This document shows, in pieces, positions 57,875 through 64,000 of a stretch of DNA of 64,000 nucleotides. Positions within the stretch are counted from its first letter, which is position 1, and every line of letters starts with the position of its first letter. The stretch covers positions 124,001 through 188,000 of the forward strand of contig JAQGDQ010000450.1 in the NCBI GenBank assembly GCA_030141605.1, given 5' to 3'. Under the pieces are notes generated by a model. That model was not told the DNA's origin and made no database searches. It saw nothing but the letters and a program-made list of their open reading frames with translations. The position numbers were made by a program, and so were the translations under genes. The stretch is from Tubiluchus corallicola. Its lineage: Eukaryota; Animalia; Priapulida.

Positions 57875-57945
57875 CGAGTGGCCGAGTGGTCTGAGACGTT
57901 TGGAATGTAAACAGAAAATTCCAGGTTCCAACCCACGCTACATTT
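57875..57945 (+). mobile_element. tRNA-derived SINE head
   Basis: GTGGCCGAGTGGT (A box) ... GGTTCCAACCC (B-box-like); does not form a complete cloverleaf. Similar decayed heads at about 3345-3420 (-), 32330 and 34890. Confidence 0.5.
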
Positions 57946-58002
57946 AAATGCACTTGAAATACATTTTTTTATATTTCAGATTTGATGTCAAAATCTAATT
58001 AA

Positions 58003-58372
58003 TAAGCTTTTTCACAGTTTCGTTGTGCGCACGCGCAGTTGCTGTCGGTCAGAGGTTAAGCGTACCACAACAACGTGTCTTAGCTATAACAGTCACGTGA
58101 CATGTGGGTAAAGCAAAGCCCAGTTTAGGAATTTCAGTTATTTTACGTGGACTTTAGTTAGTTATGCATTAACCTGTGCGGGATCTTGCTTGGGAAGAAA
58201 AAAATGCATTAGATAAGGTTTTATAGGCTAGTATTTGTCCCTTTTCTTAATTACTATTACAATGGAATGGGCTGCGAGGCATTGTCAAGTGTTCACAAAT
58301 GCGTTGTCTGGTACACTTAGCCTTTGACCTTTCCACGATCACCATCAATCGCTGGAACTGTGAAAAGGGTTA
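58003..58372. mobile_element. MITE family, second copy at about 25288-25655
   Basis: TIRs TAAGCTTTTTCACAGTT ... AACTGTGAAAAGGGTTA; interior colinear with 25288-25655 (GTTGTGCGCACGCGC, GTCACGTGACATGT, GGGCTGCGAGGC). Confidence 0.72.
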
Positions 58373-58588
58373 GCGTGGGTGCGTACCACCACAAAAATGC
58401 GCCAAATTGGATCGAGGAGTTTATACATATAACGCTCCTCACCTGAGGGCTTGTGTTCTTAGTTAGAAGCAGGAAAACTAAAACAGAAAGTTCTCAAAAC
58501 TTCGTTTCTGGGGCACTCAACAAAAACGGCACTTAGTAAATATTATAAAACAGTAATGGCTAACAATAGCAACCTTGCAACGATTGAA

Positions 58589-63377
<4,789 letters not shown>

Positions 63378-63499
63378 CTGTGAATATTAGACGTACATAA
63401 GCTAATGCATTTTTGGTAAACAGGTGAATCAAGTAACTTAAATTTTGATATAGGCGATACTGGCATTCTCAAAGCAAACCAAGAGTATATCAAAACCTA

Positions 63500-63814
63500 C
63501 AGATGGTATCAACTTTTTAAATTAGCTGGCAATTAACGAAATCATGACCTGACGTGCAGATAATAATATGTGCCAGTATTTAGACGGGAGGCAAACCCCA
63601 CATCATCTGTTGTTTGAATGTAAATTCGTAAGTCGCATTAAACGAGAAAACTTTGTTCGCGTTTTGCAGCACCAAGATGCCAATCATATGTTAACTTGTC
63701 GCGATGATCTGATTTTAATTAACTTCGCTAATATTTTGTTAGATAATTTTATTTTGTCACTAACCTAACGGGATTAATTAATTTTAGAAAATTGTTATCA
63801 ATGTCAGTTAGGAA

Positions 63815-63907
<93 letters not shown>
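63500..63907 (+). mobile_element. LINE 3' end with (AAT)n tail, intronic
   Basis: CQY...QTPHHLLFEC C-terminal Cys/His motif followed by the (AAT)n tract at 63818-63907. Confidence 0.6.
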
Positions 63908-63908
<1 letters not shown>

Positions 63909-64000
63909 TTAATACAATGCTAGCATAGCTATTGTCAGTTGTTAAATATGAAATGTAAATACTGTTAACTGTTATAGCCCTGCAAATAGAGGGCGCATGT

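Noticed and set aside
57875-57945. tRNA gene
   Set aside because: A/B-box-like motifs only, with no acceptor stem or cloverleaf; better explained as a SINE head. The same applies near 3350-3420 and 50310.

Overview
AT-rich, intron-containing animal genomic DNA (an invertebrate; an ionotropic-receptor-type gene suggests a protostome, but the species cannot be determined). Gene models read directly from the sequence with GT-AG junctions: (1) a five-exon METTL27/WBSCR27-like SAM methyltransferase (+, 11479-18283); (2) a small minus-strand MS4A/CD20-like cluster with one intact two-exon gene (35266-33127), one frameshifted paralogue (26072-23730) and a stranded first-exon fragment near 29330; (3) a tandem array of four intronless ionotropic receptor (variant iGluR)-like units, of which only 44878-46284 is intact; (4) a two-exon secreted prokineticin/astakine-like precursor (+, 49518-53150) whose first exon is absent from the ORF track and which has lost one complete disulfide pair; (5) the 3' four exons of a probably GPI-anchored beta-lactamase-family serine hydrolase (-, 63377-58589). 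Intergenic and intronic DNA is rich in LINE fragments, tRNA-derived SINEs, MITEs, microsatellites and a 26-bp minisatellite with higher-order structure. Family assignments come from motif recognition only; no searches were run, and repeat boundaries are approximate.
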